Shown in pieces: positions 1-13,201 of a stretch of DNA of 64,000 nucleotides. This DNA is from Amphiscolops sp. MND2022 (Eukaryota): the NCBI GenBank assembly GCA_964187785.1, contig OZ076409.1, positions 69,194,001 through 69,258,000 of the forward strand, written 5' to 3'. The position numbers were made by a program, and so were the translations under genes. The notes below the pieces were generated by a model. The model was not told the origin of the DNA. It saw nothing but the letters and a program-made list of their open reading frames with translations, and made no database searches. The number at the start of each line of letters is the position of its first letter. The first letter of the stretch is position 1.

Positions 1-351
1 GTGCTCAACATGGGAAGTTAATGTTTAATACGTTATCACAAAGGAAATCAAAAAAGAACGTTCTCACATCTATACATATTAGCACCTCAAAAAATGATCT
101 GTCCATTGATGTTCTTGATCTTGACGGTCTTGTTGAACATGTTGATTGACAATTTGGTCACTCTCTTTGCAAAAAGGAACTATATTGAAAATGCGTTTGT
201 AGACAACCGAGGTAACTGTTGTTTTTGCAATTGTCAGCCGAAAAGAGAAAAGATTATTTACGCAAGACGATGGCTTTCATAGCTATCTTTCTTCCTCAAA
301 ATGTTTTGCATTGGAAAGACTAAAGCTTCCCAGTAATTCTAAAGATAACAA

Positions 352-843
352 AAACAAGCCGAGTCCGGCCCAAGTCGGCGCCATATCCAAGGCTCAAAAA
401 TAGCAAAAAGACTTCCAAGTGTCAAGTATTCTATTAGAGTACTCGAAAATCGAAATTTTTTTGAAAAAATTTTTTTCGAAAAAATTACGTTACAAATTAC
501 TCAAAAAAATGGACCGAGTGGGACCCTTTGGGACTTTTCAACATCCATTCTGTCGAAAAACATAAAAAAATGCAGGGAGGACCCTTTGAGGAATTTTTTT
601 TCGAAAAAAAAGTCTCGCAGCGCCGAAAAAAATGAAAGGGGGAAGCCTTTGGTCGCCCGGTATGGTAGGTTACGCGAAAAAACAGAAAAAAATTTTTGGT
701 TCAGTTCGCTAGACCAAATAGTGCAATTTGGTGCAATAATATTTTGTAGAACTTTTGTAGAACTATTTTGGTCAGTTCGTGTGGATAGAAAAAAAGTGTC
801 ACTATAATAGTCGCGTTTCACTTCATGAAGTGCCAACTAAAAA
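352..843 (-). mobile_element. Non-autonomous Helentron/HINE-like dispersed repeat, copy 1
   Basis: Ends match the other copies in reverse orientation: AACAAGCCGAGTCCGGCCCAAGTCGGCGCCATATC at the left and CACTATAATAGTCGCG...GTGCCAACTAAAAA at the right. Confidence 0.5.
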
Positions 844-3216
844 CCTAAAAATGAAAGTGTAAGAAAAAAGTTTGATAAGGGGTTTTTGTCTCCCCTTCTG
901 AAAACTTCTACCTGAAAACTTAGAATCCCAGGATTGCAAGACAAAAATGACGTCTTGCAAAACTTCGTTTCGACATTTTGCAGGGCGAACGTGTTTCAGC
1001 AAGAACCGTGCAATAACTGCATCGAATTTCAAGTAGCTTGCAAGGAAAACATTTTTCGAACAAAAATTTCAAGACACCTAATCAAAGGTGGCTGTTGTGA
1101 ATAAAAAATATCTAATGGTCGAACTATGACTTCCTCAAAAAATCATAGCTAAAACGAAATTATTTCTCAAAAACTTTTTTCAATATCAGTGTTTTCTGCC
1201 GTACAAGATGATTGTCGAACCTGTGCTTACGTCCTAGTTGAAACTGCGGGAGCTTTTTACATGCTGCAGGCCTGCATGCAGGGTAATTGTTTATAAAACC
1301 TAGAACATTTAGTGGTTATTCCAAAGGTAAATTTTGTAGAATTACACAGCATTTTCCACTATTGCAATTAAATTTGAACTTCAAACTTTTTTAAAGATAA
1401 GAAGAAGAAAAGCCGGCAATTTTACGGAAAGTGAGACATTAAATGGGACTTGTTTGTGGTAATTGATTTATATTTACTCTCTGGCTTATTAAGTTTAATT
1501 TCGGCTGAGTTGAATGTAAGTGGAAACTGAGACGCTCAAATTTACATCCATCTGATTGGTTAATATGCATTTTGTGGAAACCATGACACGCATTTGTCGG
1601 CATCTTGGCGGCATTTTCTCGGTCCCGGACTCCGCAAAATGAAACCGGCTAACGTATTAACCCATGTCCTCGTTCCGAAAAACGCCGATTTTTGTGGCGT
1701 GGTTTCCGCAAAATTACTGCTAAACTGCCTATTTTACACGCTTCAAGACATGTCTGCCGAATCGGAGGCCTACAGGCACGGAAATGTGTCTGTAACAATT
1801 TAGCTTGCCTATGCACTGTAATGAAAATAAATACCACTTCATCACCGACAAGACCACTTTGTATTTACACTTTGTTTTCTCAACTACTGGTCTGATGTGA
1901 TCACCGCTTCTCAAATAGGACGCTAAACATGACGCAGATTGGCTATTTATTACGTGACTGAAATTATTTTGCATTAAAATGGCCGTTAAATTGAGAGCGA
2001 TATATATGCTTATAAAATTAAAACTGCTTTTTAATGAAACATGCAAAACTTCAATGCCTAAAATTGTTACCAAAACTTTGATGAATCTTTCAAGGAGCTT
2101 GATAAAAGTCGACTACAACAGTTTCCGTAAGATTTTTAGGAAATCATATTAAGAGTTACTGGCAACATTAACGTACATGCAAAAAGTTCAAGCAGTTTCA
2201 ACAAGGGCGTCCTTTTAACCTGTAGTATCAACAACAGATACATACTGAGTTTTTGAATACGCAAACTATGAGGGTGCTACAAAAACGTTGAAGTAGTTTT
2301 TACGCTATAATTGCTACAGTCATACCCACATTAAGGGAAATTCGTACTTCTTTTGAGATCGATGGATTAAAGAATAAGAAGAAACCAAAAACTGGTGTTT
2401 GTTAAAAGGTTCTTACGTTTTCGATAGAAATTGGTAGATTCCTTGCCATAATGTCAAGATGTCTTCACAAAAAGTGAAACCGGGTCTTCACAAAAAGTGA
2501 AACCGGGAACTTATGTGTGGAATGATAAAAATATCAAAAAATTGCACAATGTCCAAAAACGAAAGGGGGGACACTTTGGACACAAAGAAAACAAAAATAT
2601 TTTAAAAAATAATCTGTTTGCGAAAAACTCCACATCCAAATTTGTTACTTAATTGAAATGTCAAAATGAGGACCCTTCGAATTTCTTTGACCATCCGTAA
2701 AGCTTAGACGTAATGCAGATCTTTGTAAACCGTATCTATCGTATTGTATTCATCTTTCAAAGTCATCATACCGAAATGAAAAAAATCTTTAAAAAACGAG
2801 GAAAACCAGGAAAATCTGGTAGTTCTATATTAATCTCAAGTGAACTACCATGAAAACTACGTTAGTTGCATACAAATTACCTCAAAATACCTAACCAGAA
2901 CGCAACGAAAAATACCTATGGTTTCGGGTTTTACCCGATTCGACTAACATTATGCTAATTTACTTTGTAAAACAAGTTCTACCTCGGATATCAAATTTAT
3001 TTTTACATTCAAGGCAGAGGTCGAGACTGCAGGAAATTTTATCATGTGACTAGACTGCATACAGGGTAATTTCTCATGAAACACAGAGAATTCAGTACGC
3101 ATGTATCTGAATGGAGAGTTGAGAAACACAACCAACGTTAAATTACAAAGCAGTACAAAACTAGAAACACAACTTTAAGACAGAAGGACTTGTAGTTTCA
3201 ATGAAAAATCTTTTTA

Positions 3217-3334
3217 CACTAGGACCAAAATTTGGAGACACTTGATTTCTCCAGCAAAAATTTCAAATTTAGTAATACTAATTTTTGAAACTTTTGCTTG
3301 AGAAATCAAGCGTCACCAAATTTTGGTCCTGGTG
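3217..3334. mobile_element. Fold-back MITE (near-perfect ~118-bp hairpin)
   Basis: CACTAGGACCAAAATTTGGAGACACTTGATTTCTCCAGCAAAAATTTCAAA pairs with TTTGAAACTTTTGCTTGAGAAATCAAGCGTCACCAAATTTTGGTCCTGGTG; preceded by TA. Confidence 0.6.
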
Positions 3335-4014
3335 GAAATAGATTTTTTTCGATCTTTTGCTTCTGTGACATAATATTTTCAATTTGGGTTAATTGGGTTT
3401 TCAATTAACAATTTTTCTGTGTCGCAGAAGCAGTAATGTCTTAGACTTTGATCGGATTGACAACGCCAGTTTTTGCTTCAAGCTGGAATACAATTTTCAA
3501 GGTGTATCACATCTTGTTGTATTTTCACATCTTATTGAACTTTTCCGGGCAAAATATCGCAAAGGATTGGTCGTATTGAAAAATGTCAACATTAAACTCT
3601 ATTGGCTTGGCATGGCACTGTTCTGTAATTTTTTGTCAGAGACATTTCTTTGAAACAACTGGTGTGAAAATGAACAACGGAAAGTTCTTGAAACCTCGTC
3701 CATACGAAACTTTCAAATTGTAACTTTTGATGAGCTCTCAGATTATGAATTTTTGGCGCTGTTTATTCTTACCGCCGTCGCTTCCTGAACAAGACACCCG
3801 CTAAGCGCCGGAATATTTTCCGCCACACAAAAAAGTGTGAAGAAGGCGAGCTTCGAAACCCAACCATACTTCTAGAAAAAGCAAAAAAAGTATGACAAAG
3901 ATATTGACGGCATTATACCGTCAAAAGTATAATACCGTGAAAGGCAAAATGAAAACAAATTGCAATAGAAACACGGCGCCCGATCAGCACCGGGATACTT
4001 TCCGCTAAAAATGT

Positions 4015-4075
4015 AACGCATCAGCCCGGGTTCGAACCCTCGCCCTCCTGTCTGCCAGGTGAGATTTGGCAAGTG
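4015..4075 (-). repeat. tRNA-derived (SINE-head-like) fragment
   Basis: Minus strand CCTGGCAGACAGGAGGGCGAGGGTTCGAACCCGGGCTGA contains a B-box; a related copy lies at 6180-6225. Confidence 0.4.
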
Positions 4076-4285
4076 GAGAAGGAGTAAGGAAGTCGAGTTT
4101 GAGTAACTGAAATAGTCAAGTGACTATATCAACTAGTCAAGTAGTAAGTAGTGGATGGAGATTGTGGAGATTTGGCTGAATTTAAAAAAAAAACGCAACA
4201 AAGAGTATGATTTTTCTCCCCCATTATATGTGGGCGGAAATAGTGAAACGAGGTAACAAAGTTAAATCATATGCTATAACTAAAC

Positions 4286-6010
4286 CAGGGTGACCACTTG
4301 GTTCATAATTAGAACCGGTTCATATTGTTCATATTTGGTTCATATTTTCGGTCAAGGTTCATATTTAACTGATTTTCTCTGTCTGTATTTCAATGATTTT
4401 TTTTTTTGTTTTTCAGTGTTAAATATATCGGGAATTGTACAGTTTCAAGCAGCCTGCTCGATGGATTCCCTTGGGTGGTTCAAATTCCTGGGAACGGCAC
4501 GGAAGTTAAATTCCGTCTGGACAAGAAAATCATATCAGTTGGTAGGGGTAAATTCAGTTTGACTCAGCACCAAAATGCAGTTATGGCCCAATCTACAACT
4601 GGGAAAATTTTGCAATCTTTCGACTCGACGAGGAGCACGGAAGACATTCGCAAGAAGGCTCTTATCATTCATGTTCTGCATATCGTGCTCAATGGACAAT
4701 CGTTTCGTTCGAGTGATTTTGTATCAAGGACGAGAGGGAGATACAAAACTATGTTTCCCGACTCAGTGTATGCGAATTTGAACTGTGGTCGCACAAAAGC
4801 GACATATATCGTCACTCACGGCATTGGCCCGTTCGCCCAGCGCAGCTGAAATTAGATTTTCATGGGAAATTTATCGGGATTCATGTTGCTGAAACTTCGT
4901 ACAACCGCAAGCGCAGGTCGGAATTTTGGATTGTTTATTTTTTTGATGGCGAAAGAAAGAATCGGTACCTCAAAACAATCGAGTTGGAGGTAGATTTTGA
5001 TGTTGAAGCGTTCTTGAAGTTCTCAAATACAAGTTTGGATGATTTGAAATTGGTCGATGCCAAGAATATATATGAGGCCACAATCCATGTCTTGACGGAG
5101 TTTTCGAGTGCCTTCGATAAGGTGATTTACGTCATGACTGATAACTGCAAGACAATGACCGCCGGTCAAGTTAGTGGGTATATTGCTCGTATGCGAGATG
5201 TTTGTCCATCTCTTATTGCCAGGCCCGGTTGTAGTTCCCACCAAGCGCACCTGGCCGGTAAATGGGTGCCTGTTACTTTCGAGCAGAACAACAAGCAACT
5301 ATTTCGCTCGAGTCCTGAGCTCGTTCATAAGAAATTACTTGCTTTGGACAAACCGACCGAGGCTGGAATTTGCGATACTTGGAATACTCAGACGTCCTGC
5401 CAACTTCAATGTTTGCTAAGATTTTAACCCTTCCTCATGAGCATTTTAGCAAAACGATGCTTTGTGTTGTTCATTCCCTTGGGAAGTGTTGACTGTGTAA
5501 AACTTACTCAGCTTTCTAATGTTTTTTCAATTTCGCCTATTGATATCATAGACCAGAATTTGCTGAAGAGCTATATGCGTCTATTGAGAATGCATCGAGC
5601 AACTACAAGAACATTACCAAGGACACAGTAGTCGAAAACACGAGAAAACGATCGATTGCAGAGCAGTTGAGAGAAGATTTGTTCGTTTTCAAGCGACACA
5701 CGCCGAGAGAACTGAAAGCAAAGATCGACGATATCGACAGCACTATTGCAGATGCAGAGAATCAATTGGAAGTGTTAAAGAAAAAAAGAAGAAACTGGAT
5801 GACAAGAACGCCGAAGTTGCTAGGGCTGATATCATTTGTGCCAATGTCACCAGCTAAATGTTTTGAGGTTTTGAGTACATGAATTTTGTACAACTTCATA
5901 ATTAACATTTGTGAAAAACATCATTTTTGCCACGTTTAAGTTCATAAATGTTCATATTTTGCTCAAATTATGAGGTTTATATTTCTATGGTCATCCATGT
6001 GGTGACCCTG
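4286..6010 (+). mobile_element. Defective hAT-superfamily DNA transposon (1725 bp)
   Basis: Perfect 8-bp TSD AACTAAAC (4278-4285 and 6011-6018); TIRs CAGGGTGACCAC / GTGGTGACCCTG; subterminal GTTCATA repeats at both ends; internal transposase fragments. Confidence 0.88.
4406..5427 (+). pseudogene. hAT transposase remnant, frameshifted and internally deleted
   Basis: Motifs SFRSSD, MFPDS..ANLNCGRTKATYIV..GIGP, HV(A)ETS at the first catalytic Asp position, MTDNCKTMT and CSSHQAHL, spread over ORFs 4406-4849 and 4984-5427. Confidence 0.75.
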
Positions 6011-6179
6011 AACTAAACATTTTATCACCATACCTGCGGTGAGTCCAGAAAAGCTGAGGTTAAATGTTGGATGGCAGGAACTCTCTTCCACGTGCAGTTC
6101 AGCTGCAAAGATATACCAACCTACTTTCTGTGAAAGCTGGGATAGACTTACTTTCTGGGAAAGCTGAAAACATTTCAGG

Positions 6180-6225
6180 CTCCAGCCAGGGTTCGAACCT
6201 GTCTGCCAGGCGGACGCACTACCTA
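6180..6225 (-). repeat. tRNA-derived (SINE-head-like) fragment, second copy
   Basis: Minus strand GGTAGTGCGTCCGCCTGGCAGACAGGTTCGAACCCTGGCTGGA: A-box-like and B-box motifs with an internal deletion relative to the copy at ~4030. Confidence 0.4.
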
Positions 6226-6471
6226 CTGTGAATGGCCACGGTGATCATTTTATCACCATAATTAAGTCTTAAAAGGAGACTATAGCAGCTAAATGAAAGA
6301 ATAAAGTGAAAATTTGACAGAATTTGGAAAAAACGCTACACACATGGTGATTTCTTTCCCTCGACACATAGTAATTACTCATAATAAATTTCTGAGGGGA
6401 GATAACAAAACGTGTTGAAATAACAAGTTAGAGAACAGATTGAAGGCTAATTAAAAGTTGTGTTCATGGTG

Positions 6472-7198
6472 TTTTTAGTCGGCGCATTTTAAGAAAATGA
6501 GCGCGACTGTTACAGAGGCAAGTTTTTTTCCTTTCAGATAACAGAATGTATGCGCAGTTGACACTTTTTACAGAAACTATTAAACTCCTGAACCGGCCAG
6601 TGGAACCGCATCTAAGTCAGCGCAAAGGGTCCTTCGTTTCATTTATTCCACTTTCATCGTAACATACAAAACCGGACGAGACTAAAAGGTCCCCCTTTTG
6701 ATTTTTTTTGGCACGGTGAGATTTTTTCGAAAATTTTCCAAAGTCTTCAAAGGTTCCCCTTTCAATTATTTTGATAATTTGCAACAAATTGGATGTTAAA
6801 AAACCCAAAGGGTCCCCCTTTCACACAATGAGACTGTTTCCAAATTCTCATCTTTCTGTGAAATTAGGTTTTCTCAATATATTATCCACCAGTTATCCAT
6901 CAGTAATTGTTTTTTCAATACTATTCGAATTTTTGACTTTTTATTCGAGATTTCCATAAAAACGTCTGGAGCATATTTTCAAAACTTAAGTACAGTAGGG
7001 GGTGTTTATAACGGAGTGCTTTATAACGACGAGCGTTTATAACGACCATTTTCCAAGTTCCTGTCATACAGCAAATGCTTGTAACGACTATCTTTATAAC
7101 GACTGTTTTTATACCGACATTAAAATCAACTGCCCCTCACGGTCGTTATAAAAGCCCCCTACTGTATAGCGCCGACTTTAGACGTTCCCGCCTTGTTT
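6472..7198 (+). mobile_element. Non-autonomous Helentron/HINE-like repeat, copy 2
   Basis: Starts TTTTTAGTCGGCGC...GCGCGACT (5' subTIR plus inverted repeat); ends ATAGCGCCGACTTTAGACGTTCCCGCCTTGTTT (3' subTIR, short hairpin, T-run). Confidence 0.55.
6993..7164. mobile_element. Tc1/mariner-type MITE (172 bp) nested in HINE-like copy 2
   Basis: TIRs CAGTAGGGGGTGTTTATAACG / CGTTATAAAAGCCCCCTACTG with TA on both sides; internal TTATAACGAC repeats. Confidence 0.8.
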
Positions 7199-10100
7199 CC
7201 TTAGCCGTTAGTTTGTAGATAATGAATGATGAAAAAAATACAAAAAATTATATTTTATAATATTTTATATAACAAAAAAATATAATTTTATATAACAAAC
7301 ACTAATATAAATAAGTTCCAGTTCATTTCCGAACGAAAAATACTTTTGTTATTCTGATCAACATCCAAGATGACCTTATAATGTAAACTTTTTTGTCAAA
7401 TGCATATGCAAAGAACTCAATGCGCTTCTAACTCTGCTGGCAACTATATTAGATGTCTTTAGCTTTTTGGACAATTTCGTAGCAAATTAAGAAAAGCATA
7501 AAATGAAAAGGGCAAATAATGACTTTACGAGCACATTACTCAAATTGTTTCTTTTAAATTTCAAACTTTCAGACATAACTCCAGCGCTTCAAAATGTAGA
7601 CTCGGCAAATCCAGAGGACGTGAGAGAATACCTTGAGGTAAAATACAAGTGAGGGCCTCAAAAATGCATTTATAAGCACACTTCGAAAATAGTATCGAAA
7701 GGATTGGAACCAAGACATCTAGCGATTAAAAAATTGTGGGAAAAACCAACTTGTGTTGATGAATATGATCAATTTTACGTTTTTTATATTGCATACGTAT
7801 AATGGATCATTTTCAACAACACGAGTTATACCATGCTATAATTTCACAAATTGTAAGTTACCTAAGACATCGAGTAATATTTTGAAAGCTACCACAAATA
7901 TGAAAATGCTTTATGCTACCATATATCAGGTAGCCCTGATCACATTGCGTTTCTTAAAAGTGCAAATTTTGGAGTGTTTTAATTGAAATTTGACTGTTTT
8001 TGAAAAATGAATAGAGTAGAATTGACATTTTTAGACTTGTTTTCATCCGAAGGGAGACTCACTATAGTTTCTCGAACCTACTGATTTGTTTTGACCAAGA
8101 CTTTGTTTCAAATCAGAACAAATGCACTATATTTGTGTTAAGTAACATAGGCTAAAAAAATTTATCATCTTTCATTCATTTATTCACAAATATTCAAACC
8201 TGACCAATAGATCCGCTTGATTTGAAGAAGTGTACAGTAGGTTTCGATGGATATTGAAATGTTTAAATAAAATATTTTTACCAATTATAATGTCGAACAA
8301 CTCAGTGTCGATAGTGCATTCATGAACCACTATCATTGCCATCGCATTTTTTGTGAACCGTCTTTTTGCTTTTCTTTTTCTTCTGATGGCTCAAAAAAAC
8401 GTTCTGGCTCAAGTATTTCGTTTTCATTGAATACATGCTTAATATAAATTGTAATAGTTCGAATTCATTTCAACTCCGATTCTTGAAATGATGAATGTTG
8501 AACATAATACCAGTCAGTTTGCCCAGTACAAACTCAAACTTCGAGTAAGCCTTAGCTCTGACATCGAGAAGCGTCAATTACTTGATTTAATCCTCTTTTA
8601 ATCTGCTCTGAAAGCGTCATTCAAAACTTCTCACCTGTAATCAGTTGGAAGCCAATAAACGAATGTTTGAACGGTCGAACAATCAGGTCAGCACATCAAA
8701 ACACGTCTACGGTGACACGGAAGTAAACAACAGGAGCACTCCAAAGTAAACAAAGGGGTAAATTAGGAGGTGAATAGAACAATGATGGCTGCGATTGACA
8801 TTTCAACTAGCAACAAATTTAAATTCAGGCACTGACATCGACAAGTTTGACTAATTTATTTGGTTATGCTGTTGATGAAGCCAGGAAAGAGGTTAAAGCT
8901 AGGTCAAACATTTGACTGGGGTCAATTTAATTTTGAGGTGACGTCTTTATTCAAAGTTTTTTCTTTCAGTTTTATCCGAAAAATGAGAACGAAATACAGA
9001 CTGTTCAGACTTCGAAAATTATGATTCTATTACTGTTCACGTTAGATTACTATTTTTTGGGTTTGTTACCCAATTTTTACCACAATTGCATTAATGTACG
9101 AAAAATTATTCAAAATCATTTAAATTTAAAGTAGTGAGCGAAAAGAAATGAAATCATTCAGATTTCAGTTTGAACGGTTCTGGTTTCGCAGTTCTACGAT
9201 GCTTTTGAGTCCAAAGATTTGATGATAATTTTTGTCATGGCAAGCAGAACCAGCCAACCTTTTAGAAATATTTTCAGCAGGATAGTAACACCGCTATCGA
9301 GTGGCTCAGTGAAATGGCTGCTTTGATTAATGGTTCATATGGACAGCCAACACAAAGTGTCCCAAAGGGCAAAAACCTGAAAAAGTTTGTTTCAATCTAT
9401 CTTCATATAGTTAGAACTCAAAGGTTGTATTCGGAACCAATTTTTTACAGAGCGCACTTGGCCTTTTACAAGTTTGTAAGAGTCCGCCGTTTCTTACAAT
9501 AAGTGTATGATGGCACGTGGGTTCTCACAATTGAATGTCGCAAGATTGTCATTGACGAAATTCATGTGTGACTAATAGTCTAACAAAAAGAAAATCTATT
9601 TTCACCAAAAAAGTTTGTCACAAAACAAAACAGCTTGAAACTTCATTTAAACAAACTGCTTCTCCGGGAATTTCAAATTGGATTTGAAATAGATTGACTT
9701 GCAAAGTTTGCAACTAAAAATTGATGCAGCTGTGTATTTAGCAAAAACTTTGGTTTCTTTTTTTCGAATGGGGTGTTTCGTTTTCAAAGATTGAAAATGA
9801 CTTAGATGGTACAATTAAGAGCACCAATTTAGGCAAAAAACAGCATCTAGCCTCTATGCAGAAATATTGGACACATTGCTTGGGTTGAAAACACCCAGAA
9901 GTCAAGAAACAGGTAGGAAGACCACTTCCAAGCTCTGAAAAAAATAAAGAACGGTTATAAGATGCTCTCGGAGGACAGGACTTCGAGCACAAGTGCTCTC
10001 AGAACGGGCTTCTACTACCTCGGACATGGAATTCTCGGACTAGAATCCTCGGTCTAGATAGAATGCTTTGACCCAGTTTCCAAATGATACATAGTCGCAC

Positions 10101-10542
10101 AATTCAATGGTTTCAAGAAGTTCGTTCCAGCAAGTCAACCTTTTTGAAATTAACGAGTTAGAGTTTAGCGATGAGAAAACGTTCCTTGTCAGCACATTTC
10201 CTGCTTTCATTGTCTGTGTTTGGTACTGAATAAAGCAAGGTTTCTTAACTGGCGCCGTGCTTTTTTCATGTATGAAACTTAGTTAAATTTCTTCTATTTT
10301 TTTTCTTTCACTGACGAAAGTAGTACATTTGTCTGTTCAGTGCAGATTGAAATAGTGCAAAGCTAACAGACATTTTTTTAGATTGTTCAAAAACCAGTTG
10401 AGACAGCAAAACTCAAGAAGAATGCCTACACAAACAAGGTTCATTTGAAGAGGTTTTTCGAAACACGTTAACTGTACGTACACTTCCTCAAAATATATCT
10501 TGCTTTCTCTTCCAAGATGAGCAAACTTTAAAAATTATCTCG

Positions 10543-10964
10543 TGAGCTGTTAAAAAGTGTGGTGGTAGTTTCTTTAAGATGTTTTATTATAGACATAAGA
10601 AGTCTAAGATTTTAACAGCGAGGTCGTCTTATTTCAAGTCTGTTTAGCTAGCTATTTCTAGGTCTAATCTTTCTGAGATCTCAGTTGAAGTCTAAGTCGA
10701 AAACACGACTATTTGGTGGATTAGAATCTCAATTTCTCCAAGTAGATATATCTTATCAACTAGGATAGATTTAATTAATTTACATCAATAAGAAAGTGAC
10801 AGTAACAAGATACATCTGAGAAGCTTGTTACAGGATATATTAAGTGAAGTTTCTTCTGAGATAATTAGCTTTCAAATGAAATTACATTTACTAATTACTT
10901 TGGTTAGGAGTTCAGAATGTTTCAGATTTATAGAATCTTTGAGGACATGCATCATGGCATCACA
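10543..10964 (-). repeat. 3' LTR of the 17.7-kb element
   Basis: Direct repeat of 27825-28246; 8 substitutions and no indels by manual comparison (~98%). Confidence 0.97.
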
Positions 10965-12211
10965 ATCAACCGGGAATTTAAAAATAAAATTACATATATG
11001 CACTTTGGGTTTGAGGAGTTCTAAAAGTTTTTGTCTCAAACTGTTAAAATTTCTATTTCAGATGTTATGTGCATGGGTTTGTTTCTTATTTGTTATGCAT
11101 GAGTTTTGTTCTGAAATGTACCATACTTAAGGAGTGAAAACAACCTTAGACGAGTTGACGTCTTACGTCATAGACGATTCAATTGGTGCAAAAAGGTTTA
11201 AGTTCTCTCAGTTTCTTTGACTGACAGTTTTCGGTCAAGTTATTTTTGACAACTATTTACTATTCCATGTTTCTTTTTCGTATCAGCCATCGGCTTGTTT
11301 GAAAAAAGTTCATCAACATGAGTTAGTCAGCATTGAAAACTTTTCAAGTTGAAGAATTAAAGCGTGATGTTGTCAATGAGTTGTGAACCAACATTGGCGG
11401 GTATGTGAACCAAAAGTGAAGAAGTTTCGAAAAAGTCAAGGTTCTAGTGAGAGTTCATTTTCAACAAAAGTGAAGAGTAGAGCAGAAGCAAGAAGTTCTG
11501 GAATCAAAAAAAACTTTGACAATTGCAAGTTTCAAACATTGAAAAACGAGAAGTTAAAGTTGTGAAATGTTCAAAAGAAAAATTTTTGAAAATGTTGGGA
11601 ATGCTTTTGGAGAAGTAAAATAAAGTTGTACAAAGCATGTTTTGTAAAGAAAAATTTTTGTCAAAAATCTTAGAAACTTTCTGTACTATACGTAGGACTT
11701 GTGTTCGGTAAAAGATGTGGATTATAGATGTATTGAATAGATGTATTATACACATAACAATGGGGATAAAATTTGGGATAATATTTTGCGGTTACAAGGA
11801 TAATTATAGATGAAATTTTGTGGGGGTTTTGCAACAGAAGGGGTAATTATAGTATGATTTTACAAGATTGAGATTAAATAAGATTATACATTATTAAGAT
11901 TATATTATGAATTAATAATAAATAAGATTATACGTTAAAGTTACAATAAAGTTAGTAAGATATAGTTTGACATTTACGGCAAGTAAATAGTTTGAAATTG
12001 GCAAGTGAATTGTGGCGAGTTCAGTTCATTGCAAGTGAATTGAGTCCAGTTTAGTGGAGCAAAGTGAGAAGACCAGTCAAGTTGAAAGAAGTCAGCATTG
12101 CAGTGACGATTGTGAAGACGAGAGGCAGAAGCAGGTTGTCAAGGTGGAAGAACCCAGTGGCGATGGATGATGTTGACCATCTAGAGGGTGTGCGTGAAGC
12201 AGTGAGAAGTG

Positions 12212-12788
12212 TCAGCGAAGTTCTTTGGGGGAGTGATCAGCAACCATATTTCGGGACATCATCGAAGAAGGATGAAGGAATGAAGACGAGATGTAGTTGA
12301 AGACTAAAGGAAGGTGAGTGAAAGTGTTTGTTAATTGTTGAAACAGAGGATGTTGCGGCGGAGGATGTGCCTGATGCACATGCGGGTCGTAGTACTCAAG
12401 AGTTTGGGTGCACCCAAAATCGTTGAGAATGTTGTTGAAGGCAAGGATTGCTTCTTGTATGGCAGTGTGGAAATATTGATCTTTTGATGTAAATGCGGAA
12501 TTCAAAACGAAAACAGCATTGGATGCAGTTTCGCAGATTGCGACTTTTGGGCCAGCTAAAAGAATTCGAGAGTACTGTTCAAAGGTGATTTTTTTTCTTC
12601 TTGATCTGGGCAACGTTGTATAGAACTTTGAGAAAAGCAATAATAGTTTTGGGTGTGATTTTGTTCTTGTTGATTTCAAGAGAAACTTTATAAGCCATCG
12701 TATGAAAGATGGCGGCTTTGAGGTTGTGTACTTTTGAGAAATCTGAGGTCATAGTAATAATGTCTTCTGTTTCAGCATCGGGAGCCAT
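12212..12788 (-). pseudogene. Accessory ORF B of the large LTR element (orphan, ~190 aa after frameshift repair)
   Basis: ORF 12579-12788 (MAPDAETED...IKKKK) joins ORF 12212-12679 (ITFEQYSRILLAGPK...) across the A-run at ~12589-12596; same strand as pol; no recognisable domain. Confidence 0.55.
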
Positions 12789-13201
12789 GGTGACGGAGTT
12801 CTGAAGATCGTGGAGAGAGAGAAGTGGAAATGTTCTGAAAGAATGCAGATGAAGGAGGAAGAAGAATAGATGTTTCTAAAACAAAAGAAGTTTGAGAAGA
12901 GCAACAATGACAAATTAAAGGTGTACAACAAAGTTTGGTGCTAGAATGTATCATATTATGGTGCTATTATATCTTTTTAATGTGTCTTATAGCGTAATAT
13001 TTACATGTAGTATAGGCAAAGAATCGAAAATGTTTTCATGTACTGAAGGACAAGGAAAATGAGTACTGTAAAAGTTAAAAATCCTGAGAATTCATTCAGA
13101 AAATGTTACCTTGAGGTAGTACCTTTATTGTAGGTCAAAAATGTGTCATATAGTGTACCAGAGGAGAAAAATTAGGAATTTGTATTACCTGTAGGAGAAT
13201 T

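Noticed and set aside
501..836. ORFs 501-836 and 586-807, and similar ORFs at 6617-6959 and 37217-37599
   Set aside because: They fall within the non-coding HINE-like repeats and have low-complexity K/F-rich translations.
2462..2507. 23-bp tandem duplication TCTTCACAAAAAGTGAAACCGGG
   Set aside because: A simple local duplication with no evidence of function.
4015..4075. Functional tRNA gene
   Set aside because: Only the B-box/T-arm region is recognisable and no complete cloverleaf forms; the second copy is internally deleted, so these are SINE-like relics.
7570..9480. Possible small plus-strand host exons (e.g. ~7573-7637, ~8830-8902, ~9278-9368)
   Set aside because: AG/GT-like boundaries and short open frames exist, but I could not assemble a consistent gene or recognise a product; RNA-seq is needed.
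11000..12000. Third accessory ORF in the large element (11504-11755 etc.)
   Set aside because: Multiple stops in all frames and no convincing reconstruction; treated as 3' UTR.
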